62,109 bases of DNA, taken from the NCBI GenBank assembly GCA_004551905.1, contig SFPL01000028.1, positions 1-62,109 on the forward strand, in the 5' to 3' direction. The notes beneath the pieces are model-generated. The model was not told the DNA's origin. It was given only the letters and a program-made list of their open reading frames with translations, and did no database searches. The translations under genes and the position numbers were made by a program. This DNA comes from Lentisphaeraceae bacterium. GTDB taxonomy: Bacteria > Verrucomicrobiota > Kiritimatiellia > RFP12 > UBA1067. Below, in pieces: positions 14,321 to 23,525 of this stretch; position 1 is the first letter of the stretch; every line of letters starts with the position of its first letter.

Positions 14321-15130
14321 TTACTCGTGAATGATCGTCCCGTTGCCGAGGACGATGCCGTTGGTGCCGTGGAAGCGGCAGTTGGGATTTGCGTTCCAGG
14401 GGAACCTCGCGCCGTAGCCAGCGACGATGTTGCCCTCGGATGCGACCTGCTTGATCTGCTCGACGGTCTTGTTGTCGATCCAGATGTCCATGAGGTTCGG
14501 ACACTGGTCGAAGTCCTGCGTCGCGAACTGCGTCACCGCGCCGAGCCGAAGCTCGCGCAGTTTCGTGCAGCCCTGCCAGACGTAGCTCCAGCAGGTGTTC
14601 GTGCGCAGCGTCGTGTACTTCTCGAGCGACGAGCAATACTGGTACGTGCCGTCGTAGCAAATGCCGTTCATGCCAATGACGACCTCCTTCAGCTTCGAGC
14701 AGTACGCGAAGTCGCGCTGCCCCTGCCAGGTGCAGTTCGGGCAGATGTACCTTTCGAGGTTCACCGCCTTCTTGAAGGCCGCCGACTGGCTGCCAGTGAT
14801 CTGACCGCAGTAATCAACGACTGAGATAACCGCAGCATCATAAGAATACTGCGCCTGTCCGTCGAGGAAGCGAAGCCCGATGCTTCTGACACCCTCAACC
14901 GTCACCTTGTACTTGCCGTAGAGCAAGTAGGTGTGCGCGGTGAGGATATCGCCGCCTCTATACGGATGCTCGGTTTTGTTGCCGTCGCCCCAGTTGATCA
15001 CGACCGGCAATCCGTTCGTCGCATGGTAGGCGAGCTGGAACTTGAGCCCGGTGGTCGGGGTCATGTTGACCTCGACCACCGTGCCGCGACCGCCCTCATT
15101 CCACATCGGCTGTCTTGATGCGATCTGCAT
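14321..15130 (-). CDS. PKD-like plus BspA-type leucine-rich-repeat protein (receptor-binding candidate), 269 aa
   Basis: VINWGDGNKTEHPY...HTYLLYGKYKVTV is a PKD-like WGDG...HxY...GxY motif. It is followed by Cys-containing LRR units (FAYCSKLKEVVIG, YQYCSSLEKYT, WQGCTKLRELRLG, FDQCPNLMDIWI). Confidence 0.7.
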   Translation of the reverse strand: MQIASRQPMWNEGGRGTVVEVNMTPTTGLKFQLAYHATNGLPVVINWGDGNKTEHPYRGGDILTAHTYLLYGKYKVTVEGVRSIGLRFLDGQAQYSYDAAVISVVDYCGQITGSQSAAFKKAVNLERYICPNCTWQGQRDFAYCSKLKEVVIGMNGICYDGTYQYCSSLEKYTTLRTNTCWSYVWQGCTKLRELRLGAVTQFATQDFDQCPNLMDIWIDNKTVEQIKQVASEGNIVAGYGARFPWNANPNCRFHGTNGIVLGNGTIIHE

Positions 15131-15133
15131 GGG

Positions 15134-16159
15134 TTAGCCCCCCGTCGGCGTCCAGACCACATCGTCGATCCAGCCGCAGTCACTGCCTTTCGATACGATG
15201 TCGTCCTTGTCGTACTTCCACTCGATAGTGTGGGAGCCGTCGGTCGTGAACGTGCGCGTGTAGGTCGCCCAGCTGCGTTCGCCGCTGATGTTCGTAACCT
15301 CAGTGCCGTCAACGATGAAGTGGAGCTTGTCGTAGTTCGACTCGCTCGACGTCCGCCACTTGAAGGTGAGCGTACCCTTCCCTTGCACCGTCGTCGTGAG
15401 CGAGGTGCGCCCGTTGTCCGAGATGCGGCCCGAACGAGCCGAACCCGGCGAGCTGGCGTAGGTGACCGTGTCGACGAACCACGGGATCACGTTCTCGGAG
15501 AAGAACGTGAGGTTCTTCGTCGGGCAGATCGCGTCCACGAAGGGGTCGACGTAGACCTCCCACTGGGCGTAGAGCTTCGTCACGCCAGTCTTGCAGCGGT
15601 CGCTCGCCTCGACCTTCACGCCACCCTCGGCCTCGGTGAACCAGCCCTGGAACGACATTCCGGCCATCGTCGGACGGGGGAGCGTCCCGTAGGTCGCACC
15701 GAGCTTGAAGGTGTACTTCGTCTTGTCGAGGTCGCCGCCGCAGGGATCGAACTCGACCTCATGGTCGATGTCGATCCGCTTGCGGTTCACGATGAAGATG
15801 CCCTGGTCGGTCTCGGTGAACGCAAACACGTTCACGCCGACCTCGCACTTGAACACGTCCTCGTCCACGTCCTCGAACGAGATCGTCTCGCCCGTCGGGG
15901 CGGCGAACGTCACCTCCGGGATTTCGTCGGCGGTGATGACGAGCCGCACGAAGAAGTCGCGCACCGCACCCTTGACGAGCGGCGGCACGACGAGCCGCAG
16001 CGGATCGGTCTCGGCGAGTTCCACGCGGGTCACGGCTCGGTCGGTGAGGTTCACCGTGCCGTCCTCCGGCATACGCTTCAGAAGTCGGTAGCGGCCCGCC
16101 GTGCCGTCGGTGCCGCCGCCTTCGCCCTCATCGAGCTGGGGAATGTACAATACGTCCAT
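15134..16159 (-). CDS. tail fibre/adhesin-like protein with Listeria-Bacteroides repeat, 341 aa
   Basis: YGTLPRPTMAGMSFQGWFTEAEGG...KLYAQWE matches the Flg_new-type repeat. N-terminal RDFFVRL domain is shared with two paralogues. C-terminal beta-sandwich-like TFKWRTSSESNYDKLHFIVDG. Confidence 0.7.
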   Translation of the reverse strand: MDVLYIPQLDEGEGGGTDGTAGRYRLLKRMPEDGTVNLTDRAVTRVELAETDPLRLVVPPLVKGAVRDFFVRLVITADEIPEVTFAAPTGETISFEDVDEDVFKCEVGVNVFAFTETDQGIFIVNRKRIDIDHEVEFDPCGGDLDKTKYTFKLGATYGTLPRPTMAGMSFQGWFTEAEGGVKVEASDRCKTGVTKLYAQWEVYVDPFVDAICPTKNLTFFSENVIPWFVDTVTYASSPGSARSGRISDNGRTSLTTTVQGKGTLTFKWRTSSESNYDKLHFIVDGTEVTNISGERSWATYTRTFTTDGSHTIEWKYDKDDIVSKGSDCGWIDDVVWTPTGG

Positions 16160-16423
16160 TTACTTGTCCTCCGGGTTTTCTATTTCCATCGTCTGGTTGA
16201 TCGGGATGTAATGCAGGGCCTCCGCATCCTCCCACTTGCCGTAGGCCCACATGAGCCGAACGCTTCCGTGTTCGTCCTTGTCGAGCCGGTGAATCGGGCG
16301 GTTCTCGTCGTTGCCGAAGCAGACGTAGAGGATGCCGTCCACACGCTTCATGAGGTGTGCGTCGAGTTCCTTTCGCTTGAAGAACTCGCTCGTCGCCTCG
16401 AATCCATAGCAGTCAATCTGCAT
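16160..16423 (-). CDS. small tail-region protein, 87 aa (paralogue of 16837-17097)
   Basis: MQIDCYGFE...PIHRLDKDEHGSVRLMWAYGKWEDAEALHYIP aligns with MEMRINCYGE...PIHRLTVGEDGIVRREWAYGKWGEAENLDYIP. Confidence 0.6.
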   Translation of the reverse strand: MQIDCYGFEATSEFFKRKELDAHLMKRVDGILYVCFGNDENRPIHRLDKDEHGSVRLMWAYGKWEDAEALHYIPINQTMEIENPEDK

Positions 16424-16840
16424 TTAGCTTTCTCCTTCCGTTTTGATTCTCGCCAGGACCTTGCGGGCGACGAGTAGCACGTCCGCCGCCGTCTCGGTGA
16501 AGAAGTACACGACCGTCTCGCCGTCGCCCGGCGGCTCGAGCGCATCGCTCTCGCCCTCGAACGCCTCCGCGCCCTCGAACTTCAGCGCGTTCTCGCCCGT
16601 CGCCGTGACGCGCAGCATGAAGTCACGCGCCTTGCCCGGTTCGATGTCCGGCATCACGACCGTTGTCGTGCCGCCCTCGACAGCGAGGACGTTCGCGCTG
16701 CGGTCGTCGAGGTGCGCCCGTCCGTCCTTGGGCTGCACACGCTTGACGGCGTACTGTGATTTCTCGCTTGCCGAATCGGCGGCGATCCGCCGCATCAGCG
16801 CGGTCAGCTTGTCCCATTGCTCAAAGACAATGACCTTCAT
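16424..16840 (-). CDS. tail-region protein, 138 aa (RDF-domain paralogue)
   Basis: Start moved to MKVIVFEQWDK (ATG 16838-16840, ATGA overlap with the upstream stop). GKARDFMLRVTATGENALKF...VVYFFTET parallels 15134-16159. Confidence 0.6.
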   Translation of the reverse strand: MKVIVFEQWDKLTALMRRIAADSASEKSQYAVKRVQPKDGRAHLDDRSANVLAVEGGTTTVVMPDIEPGKARDFMLRVTATGENALKFEGAEAFEGESDALEPPGDGETVVYFFTETAADVLLVARKVLARIKTEGES

Positions 16841-17097
16841 TCCTCGATCTCCGTTGTTTCGGTTGTCGGGATGTAGTCGAGGTTCTCCGCCTCGCCCCAT
16901 TTCCCGTAGGCCCACTCGCGCCGCACGATGCCGTCCTCACCAACCGTGAGGCGGTGGATCGGCACTTTGTCGCCTTCGCCGAAGCGAAGGTAGGTCGAAC
17001 CGCCGGAGGCCTTCGACTCCAAAGGCTCAATCGGCGGGTTCTTGTCGTATGTCGCACTCTCGGTGCGTTCGCCATAGCAGTTGATTCGCATTTCCAT
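16837..17097 (-). CDS. small tail-region protein, 86 aa (paralogue of 16160-16423)
   Basis: See 16160-16423. Translationally coupled (ATGA) to its downstream partner. Confidence 0.6.
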   Translation of the reverse strand: MEMRINCYGERTESATYDKNPPIEPLESKASGGSTYLRFGEGDKVPIHRLTVGEDGIVRREWAYGKWGEAENLDYIPTTETTEIEE

Positions 17098-17107
17098 GTC
17101 CTTTCCG

Positions 17108-18142
17108 TCAGGGTCCAGTCGGCGCGGGCGTCGGGCGAGGAATCGTCCCGCCCCACGGTTTGTCCCAGAAGAGTGAGCGCACCGCGTCCGAACATCCCGT
17201 TACCACGTCATAGCACCGGTAGTAGTCCGAGTCCGGCGAGTAGCGCACTTTCTCCTCCGGCATGAGGAGCGCGGGATCGCCCGTCCACGCGCCCGTGAGG
17301 TTCGGGCAGTCCCAGTAGCACCCGCTCACCATCTTCACGTTCTCTGGCCACTTCGGGATGATTCCGACCGCGCCCGTGCAGCCCTTGAACACGCTGTCGA
17401 GTTCCTCGCCGCATTCGGGCCAGGTCGGGATCTCGCCATGCAGACCCGTGCAGCCGTTGTAGCAGGAGTTGAACTCAACGCAGTTCCTCGGCCATGCGGG
17501 GAAGCGTCCCGTCACGGTCTTGCAGTCGTTGTAGCAGAAGCCGCAGCGGACTATGTTCTTCCCCCACTTCGGAATCTTCCCCGTGAGATTGACGTGCTGG
17601 TAAGTGCCGCAGGCATCGGTGATCGCGTCCGTCCATTCGGGGAACGGTCCCTCGACGTCCCTGCAATACTCGAAGCAGCAGTAGGTCGTGGTGATCGACC
17701 GCCCCCACGGAGGGAGCCGTCCCTTGAGCCCGCCGTGCGTCGGGTCGCTCCATCCGCAGAAGCTGCCCTCGGCGGAGTCGAGCCAGTCGCTCCAGTGGTG
17801 AAGCCACATCTGCGGACGCGAGACGAGGGGACGCCCCTCCTTCGTCACGGTATAGCAGTCCCACACGCGGAACCACCGCGCCTCGCGACCGATGCGGATC
17901 GTGTACCGCCCGACCGCCGTGTAGTTGTGCCACGCGAGATAGGTGGTCTGACGGTCAATCGTTCCGTCGCCCCAGTCGATGGTGATCAAGTCGTACTGGT
18001 CGACGAAACGACCGACTTGGATCTGAAGCTGACAGTAGTTGTCGCGGATTTCGTAATCGACGAACTCCACGTCGAACGCCGTCTCGTCATGCCACGGCCA
18101 CCGCTTCCGGCAGCCGTGGAGGTTGAATCTTCCGCACCGCAT
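17108..18142 (-). CDS. PKD-like plus Cys-rich repeat protein (receptor-binding candidate), 344 aa
   Basis: ITIDWGDGTIDRQTTYLAWHNYTAVGRYTI (PKD-like motif), then about 23-aa repeats of type CxxCxxLxGxIPxWP (CYNDCKTVTGRFPAWP, CYNGCTGLHGEIPTWP, FKGCTGAVGIIPKWP). Confidence 0.65.
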   Translation of the reverse strand: MRCGRFNLHGCRKRWPWHDETAFDVEFVDYEIRDNYCQLQIQVGRFVDQYDLITIDWGDGTIDRQTTYLAWHNYTAVGRYTIRIGREARWFRVWDCYTVTKEGRPLVSRPQMWLHHWSDWLDSAEGSFCGWSDPTHGGLKGRLPPWGRSITTTYCCFEYCRDVEGPFPEWTDAITDACGTYQHVNLTGKIPKWGKNIVRCGFCYNDCKTVTGRFPAWPRNCVEFNSCYNGCTGLHGEIPTWPECGEELDSVFKGCTGAVGIIPKWPENVKMVSGCYWDCPNLTGAWTGDPALLMPEEKVRYSPDSDYYRCYDVVTGCSDAVRSLFWDKPWGGTIPRPTPAPTGP

Positions 18143-18143
18143 C

Positions 18144-20213
18144 TTACGCCCCCATGAGCTTGATGTCCGGGTCGAGGTAGACGAATCCGCCCGCCGCGTA
18201 CCACGAGAAGTACACCCTCACGTCGACGGGCTTCACCTCCGGGATGTCAATCGGAAGCTCGAGCACCATCTGCGTGAGGTCTGTGTCGTTCACCCAAACG
18301 CTCGTCGGGTCGTTCGACCACCGCCCGTGGAGGGTCGAGTAGTACGTCCGGCCGCTGACCTGCACCGAGAGGAAGAACTGGCGGTACATCTCGGCGGGCT
18401 TCGCGTAGCCCTTGAAGGCGATGTACGCCTTCACGATGTGCCGCCCCGTCGTGGTCGGGAGGAGCTGCATACCGTTGAACGGCCGCCGCCCCAGCACCAT
18501 CGTCTCTGCGCTTGTGCAGACGTTGTTGTAGATCTTCAAGGCCGACGCGCCGCCGCCCTGCCTGTTGACGCTCCACGTGTCCGCGAGACCATTTGCACAA
18601 CGGAATGCGAAGTGTCCATCCGCGCCCTCGTTGTTGCAGCCGAACCCCTGGTAGATGTGGTTCGCCCGCGAGGACTGCGCCGTCATCGGATAGAGCGCGG
18701 TGTTCGACTCGTCGACGAAGATGCTCCCGTTGTCGCTGTAGGTCGAGGCGATGGCGGGGTCCTCGTTGTACGGGTAGGTTGGGTTCTCCGTGTTGCACGT
18801 GAGCTTGCGGACGCGCATATGCGTCCCGTAGCCCGCGAACAGGGCCTTGCCCGGAAACCACGTCTTCACCGACTTGATGTCTGCGACCGAATACTGAAGC
18901 CAGACCCCGCCCTCGAACTCCGCCTCCGTGATGCGGAGGTTGTTGCCGTAGAACGCCTTGCCCCGGTAGCACTTCACGAGGAGGTTGTCGACACAGGGGA
19001 CCTTCGCGAACACGTCGCAGTCGCTTGAGCTAAAGTCCATCACGACCGCCGCGTAGCTTTCTCCGCTCTGCGTCGCGTTCGCGTAGGTGATCGGGGAGCC
19101 GATGCCCGCCGCGTCCGCGAGTTTCACGGTCACGTTCTTGATCGGCTTCGCCACACCCGGCACGTAGGACGCGGCATAGCACCGGCTCATCGAGAGAACC
19201 GCCGCCTTGCAGTTCCAGCATTCCGTGAGATTCACGTCCACGCCGTCGAGGTTCATCTCGTAGCAGCTCCCGAAGTAGATCATCGGGTAGTCGATCTGAT
19301 AGGAACTCGGCTTGGTGGCGGAGAGCGGATTGCCCGTCGCCACCTTGATGTCGCGGACGACCGTCGAGATGTATCCCTGCACGGAGAGGAGGAGCGGCAC
19401 GTGGCTCGCCGAGCCGTTCCGGCGGACGGTCTGCGTGACGTTCACGATGTTGCACTCGACGCCCTTGGCAGAGTTGTTCGACAGGTAGAGCGGGTAATAC
19501 TGCCCGTAGTCCGTCCACGCCGCCGAGTAGACGCGCACGTCCTGGACGTTCAGCACGTCCGAGAAGTACACGTAGATGCCGTGGGCGTTGCTCGAGCCGC
19601 CCGTGACGGCATGGTTGATCGTGCAGTCGGAGATGTTCACCATCCTCGCGTAGTAGACGTACACGTAGGACTTGCACCGGCTGGCGGTGAGTTCCCCCGC
19701 GTAGGACGATACGTCGAGGTTGATTCCCTTCGAGCCGAACTTGCAGTGCTCGAACGAGTAGCAGCCGATGTAGTCCGACGAGTTGTAGAACTTGAAGATG
19801 TAGTTGTCGGCGTTGATCGCGTCACGGAAGAGGTACACGCGGTGCAGCAGGAAGTGCTGGACGTAGGGAAGCTGGAACGAGCCGCTGGCGACAGTGGACT
19901 GCACGTTCGCATACTGCGCCGCGTCCGAACCCCACGCCGTCCGAGCCTCTGCGGGGACGAGTTCCCACATCGCGTCGGAGGCCATCGGCATTCCCATGAT
20001 GAGGAGGTTCGTGATGTCGTAGTTCGTCCCGTTCGGAACGACGCAGGCCGAGGTCTCGGCGGTGCGCCGGATGAGGTAGCAGGTGTTGTTCTGGAAGTCC
20101 GCCGCCGTCGCTGGCAGCGACTTCAACGCCTTCGCCGGGGTCGTGCCGTCGCCCGCCGTACCCCGCGAGGGGTCGACGTAGACCACGTTGAAGTCGACGT
20201 TGGAATATCGCAT
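18144..20213 (-). CDS. tailspike-like right-handed beta-helix protein, 689 aa
   Basis: N-terminus VVYVDPSRGTAGDGTTPAKALKSLP resembles the opening of pectate-lyase-fold/DUF1565-type proteins. A long repetitive Asn/Gly/Val-rich body fits a beta-helix. Confidence 0.7.
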   Translation of the reverse strand: MRYSNVDFNVVYVDPSRGTAGDGTTPAKALKSLPATAADFQNNTCYLIRRTAETSACVVPNGTNYDITNLLIMGMPMASDAMWELVPAEARTAWGSDAAQYANVQSTVASGSFQLPYVQHFLLHRVYLFRDAINADNYIFKFYNSSDYIGCYSFEHCKFGSKGINLDVSSYAGELTASRCKSYVYVYYARMVNISDCTINHAVTGGSSNAHGIYVYFSDVLNVQDVRVYSAAWTDYGQYYPLYLSNNSAKGVECNIVNVTQTVRRNGSASHVPLLLSVQGYISTVVRDIKVATGNPLSATKPSSYQIDYPMIYFGSCYEMNLDGVDVNLTECWNCKAAVLSMSRCYAASYVPGVAKPIKNVTVKLADAAGIGSPITYANATQSGESYAAVVMDFSSSDCDVFAKVPCVDNLLVKCYRGKAFYGNNLRITEAEFEGGVWLQYSVADIKSVKTWFPGKALFAGYGTHMRVRKLTCNTENPTYPYNEDPAIASTYSDNGSIFVDESNTALYPMTAQSSRANHIYQGFGCNNEGADGHFAFRCANGLADTWSVNRQGGGASALKIYNNVCTSAETMVLGRRPFNGMQLLPTTTGRHIVKAYIAFKGYAKPAEMYRQFFLSVQVSGRTYYSTLHGRWSNDPTSVWVNDTDLTQMVLELPIDIPEVKPVDVRVYFSWYAAGGFVYLDPDIKLMGA

Positions 20214-20223
20214 TTTCTCTCCT

Positions 20224-21627
20224 TTAGCCGTAGAAGGTGCTGTAGATGTTTATTGCCGCGAGTTTGGGAATTTCCGGCGGAATCTCGACTTCAAGGCCGG
20301 GCATCACGGACTGTCCGCCGCCGCCGTTCGTCCACGGCGATAGGCGGGTGCGTCCGTTGATGACCGCATAGCGGTCGAACTCCTCGTCCGTGACCCCGGC
20401 GTCCTTAAAATTTACGATGACCTCCCCCTCGATTCCCTTGCGGATGTGCGCGTTCTCGAACACGATCCGCGAGACCTTCGCGACGGAGGTGTCCGCGTCC
20501 GCGACGAGGACGTCGCCGTACACGGTCGAATCGTCGCCGAGGTACTTCTGCCACCTCGCGCCGATGAAGTCCGCGAGGGTCGGGTTGTCGATTGGGGTCG
20601 CGCTCTGGATCTCCGCCCGATACTTGAGTCCCGACGCGGCGACGAGCGAGAAGCCCGTCCCGTCCGACTTCGAGGCGTAGGCCACGTAGAGGTAGGACTC
20701 GTGTCCCGTCTCGCCCTGCGGCCCCCTCGGAATCTTGAAGTCGAGAACTGCCGCCGCCGTCGTGCCGGAGTTATGTACTTCGGCGGGCTGGTCGGTCGGG
20801 ACCATCTCGACCGATCCGACCTCGATGGTCGCCGCCGTGCCGGTACGTCCCTGCGGGATCTTGAAGCGGAACGCGGCGTCGTGTTCGTCGCCCTCGTTCG
20901 TGACCTCGGCGGGCGTTCCGGCGGGCAGAGTGTCCGTCCCCGCCACGCGCACCGTCGAGCGGTCGCCCTTGCGCCCCGGTATGAGGGGGATCGGGTCGCT
21001 CCACTCGTAGCCGACCAATGTGTTTCGGAATCGGTACCACTTCGCCGTCTCGGGCGGCTCGACCGAGGGGTCTGCGTCGTACCACGTCTCGCCGTCATCC
21101 GAGAGCTGCACCGCCATCTTCGCGGCGAACAGGGCGCGGATCTGCGCGGCCGTGTAGCTCCCGTCGCCGACCGGCTCGGGCCGCCCCGTCCCCGCGTCGG
21201 CGCGGCGGTTGCGGACGATGATGTCGAACTGGATCAGGAACTCCGGGTTGGTCTCGCCGGTCGTGAAGCCGGCGAGTTCGCAGCCGAACTGCGCCTGCTC
21301 GTTCTTGCCCAAGGCTGCGATCAGCTCCTCCGTGTTCGTCTCGGTGAGCGGCACGTGGACTTCGTTCCCCGTGACCGTGATTCCCTCGGTCACGCGGAGC
21401 TGCGGCTTGGTCGTGGCGTCCCAGTCGTTCGCTACCGCGAAGTCCCACGTCGCGTAGGCGAGGTCTTCGGGCCTAAGTGCAGCCCCGTTCTCGTCGAGCA
21501 GCTTCAACACCAGTTCGGCGCGAAGCCCCCTCGTCAGCGCGGGCAAGACGTTGACCGTCTGGTTCCACTCGTCGACGAGCGTCGCCTTGACGCTCGTCGC
21601 CCGCAGGTACATTGTGATGATTTGCAT
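20224..21627 (-). CDS. tail fibre protein, 467 aa
   Basis: Tandem units LPAGTPAEVTNEGDEHDAAFRFKIPQGRTG and VPTDQPAEVHNSGTTAAAVLDFKIPRGPQGETG are the repeated A-x-V-x-N-x-G...F-x-IP-x-G motif common in phage fibres. Confidence 0.7.
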   Translation of the reverse strand: MQIITMYLRATSVKATLVDEWNQTVNVLPALTRGLRAELVLKLLDENGAALRPEDLAYATWDFAVANDWDATTKPQLRVTEGITVTGNEVHVPLTETNTEELIAALGKNEQAQFGCELAGFTTGETNPEFLIQFDIIVRNRRADAGTGRPEPVGDGSYTAAQIRALFAAKMAVQLSDDGETWYDADPSVEPPETAKWYRFRNTLVGYEWSDPIPLIPGRKGDRSTVRVAGTDTLPAGTPAEVTNEGDEHDAAFRFKIPQGRTGTAATIEVGSVEMVPTDQPAEVHNSGTTAAAVLDFKIPRGPQGETGHESYLYVAYASKSDGTGFSLVAASGLKYRAEIQSATPIDNPTLADFIGARWQKYLGDDSTVYGDVLVADADTSVAKVSRIVFENAHIRKGIEGEVIVNFKDAGVTDEEFDRYAVINGRTRLSPWTNGGGGQSVMPGLEVEIPPEIPKLAAINIYSTFYG

Positions 21628-22686
21628 TTAGCTCTCCTTCGATTGGAATTTGAAACCGCCCTCGACACCGTAGTCGAGGAAGCCCCAGCACTTGCCGTCC
21701 CAGCCGCGCTTCGCGCTGTGACGCTTTACCGCCACGCCCTCGCCGTCGAACTCGCTCGTCGGCACGACCTCGTTCTTTGGGATCGACTCCGTGTCGCCGA
21801 GCTTAAACTCGAAGTCATACGGGTCCTTCACGTGAACCCTCTCGGTCCAGTTGAGGCCCTTGTTGAACTTCGACTCGCCGCCGTCGAACACCGAGGTGTC
21901 GAGCTGCTGCGAATAGGGGACGGGACCTGTCGGCTGGGTCACGTAGACCGCCGCAAAGAGGTCGAACTGCGCGTTGAGAAGCCAGCTCCGCGCCCCCTTG
22001 AACCTGTACGACTGGCTCTGCGCGTAGCCGCAGTATCCGTCCTTGTTGTACTCCGGGTCGCCCTCGTAGTCGGGGATCGGGCATTTCCAGTGCGTGTTCC
22101 CGCTCCATGCACAGATCGTCGACGGGAAGCCGCTGTTGTGTACGGACTCGTTCATCGTGTCGAACGCCATCTTCATCGCGTCGCCAATTGACTCGTCGAA
22201 CGGCGGGTCGTGTCTTGAGCCGGAGCGCGAGAGCGACCGTCCGAACATCTGCCCGGCGCGGATCACGGTCAGCTTGTCGATGGCGTTCCGGATCTGCTTG
22301 AGCCACTCGCCGCCGTTCTCGACGAGCGATCCGTACTTCGCGTACTCGTAGAGGCGGCATCCCCGCTCCTGAATGAGGTCGCCGTAGGTCCACATCTTCG
22401 GGAAGTCCGAGTAGTCCTCCTCGAACTCCTCCCAGTCCAGGTTGACGAAGTTCCGTGCGAGGCTGCTGATCGTCCGCACGATGCCCTTAATGACCTCCCG
22501 CGAGACCGTCTTCCACGGCGATATCTTGTAGATTCGGCTGTCCGCGCTCGTGTGCAGGGCGGCGCACCGCTCCAGCAGGGCCTCGCGGATCGCCACCACG
22601 TAGTCGGCGTTGGTCGGATCGGGCGTGTTCCAGTTCATGCCCTTGTCCTCCCAGTGCGTCGGAATCTCGTATTCGATCACCTCCAT
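21628..22686 (-). CDS. tail-tip/baseplate-region protein, 352 aa
   Basis: Start moved to MEVIEYEIPTHWEDKG (ATG 22684-22686). The upstream part of the 591-aa track ORF is Arg/Gly-rich and overlaps the better ORF 22677-23525. Confidence 0.6.
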   Translation of the reverse strand: MEVIEYEIPTHWEDKGMNWNTPDPTNADYVVAIREALLERCAALHTSADSRIYKISPWKTVSREVIKGIVRTISSLARNFVNLDWEEFEEDYSDFPKMWTYGDLIQERGCRLYEYAKYGSLVENGGEWLKQIRNAIDKLTVIRAGQMFGRSLSRSGSRHDPPFDESIGDAMKMAFDTMNESVHNSGFPSTICAWSGNTHWKCPIPDYEGDPEYNKDGYCGYAQSQSYRFKGARSWLLNAQFDLFAAVYVTQPTGPVPYSQQLDTSVFDGGESKFNKGLNWTERVHVKDPYDFEFKLGDTESIPKNEVVPTSEFDGEGVAVKRHSAKRGWDGKCWGFLDYGVEGGFKFQSKES

Positions 22687-23525
22687 ATCGCCGCGCTCCC
22701 CAAGTAGGCGGCTTCGGTTTCGTCGCCGCAGATGTACGTGTCGAGAGACACGGAGATGTCGCTCCCCTCGGCCTCCGAGCCCTCGGGCTTGCAGAACTTG
22801 AAGTTCACGCTCCCCTCGGCCTTCGGTTCCGAGCCCTCGTGCCAGCCGGCGGCCGAGCCGACCTCGCCGATCACCCACTTGCCGGATGCGTAGTGGATGC
22901 GCCCGTAGGTGTAGTAGCCCTTCTCCTTGTTGAGGGAGCGGACGAAGTATTCGCCGTTGCCCTTGAAGCGGGGAAGCCCCTTGATCCTCTGCCCGCTCTC
23001 GCCGTCCTTGCCCTCGTACACGCCGAACTCGCCGTTCTTGGCGACCCAGCGCGGCCACACCGCCTTGAGCTGCTTCGTCTCGCCGGACTCGTAGATCGAC
23101 CCTCGCGGGCGCATCTCGACCTCGGTGTCGGGGCTGTAGGGCGGACTCGAGAAAGTGTAGAACCTGTCGCCCGTCCACTCGTACTCCCGCTCCTCCTCCT
23201 TCCACTTGTAGTTCTCGAGCGGCTCGTAGCCGGGGAACTTGTCGCACCACACCCAGCCGTAAGTCTGCGTGTAGTACACGTACCCGCTTCCCTCCCAGTA
23301 GACGTAGCCGTTGATGTCGCTGAACACGGGCGTGAGAAGCGAGCCGTCGATCTGGAGCTTGTAGCAGAAGTTCGGATCGCGGACGATGACGTTGTAGCCC
23401 CACGACCCCGCGTTGAACGCGAAGTAGCCCTCGTCGCCTCCCTTGCCGCGCCAGATGCCGGTCGGCGGCGTGAGGTTCGGGACCTCCGGGATGCGGAAGA
23501 GGGACGGAACGTACTGGTAGCTCAT
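22677..23525 (-). CDS. tail-tip/baseplate-region protein, 282 aa
   Basis: Start moved to MSYQYVPSLFRIPEVPNL (ATG 23523-23525, overlapping the upstream stop). Aromatic/Gly-rich beta-type composition. Confidence 0.6.
   Translation of the reverse strand: MSYQYVPSLFRIPEVPNLTPPTGIWRGKGGDEGYFAFNAGSWGYNVIVRDPNFCYKLQIDGSLLTPVFSDINGYVYWEGSGYVYYTQTYGWVWCDKFPGYEPLENYKWKEEEREYEWTGDRFYTFSSPPYSPDTEVEMRPRGSIYESGETKQLKAVWPRWVAKNGEFGVYEGKDGESGQRIKGLPRFKGNGEYFVRSLNKEKGYYTYGRIHYASGKWVIGEVGSAAGWHEGSEPKAEGSVNFKFCKPEGSEAEGSDISVSLDTYICGDETEAAYLGSAAIWR

Noticed and set aside
13083-21627. Diversity-generating retroelement acting on the repeat-rich receptor-binding genes
   Set aside because: There is no reverse transcriptase ORF anywhere in the window, and I saw no template/variable repeat pair with adenine-specific mismatches.
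20446-22191. 581-aa plus-strand ORF, and similar long antisense ORFs (48865-50784, 51531-53498, 41395-42774, 31435-32886, 13721-14824)
   Set aside because: Each lies opposite a minus-strand gene with recognisable motifs (fibre, primase, helicase, ParB-MTase, capsid, LRR protein). These are high-GC shadow frames.
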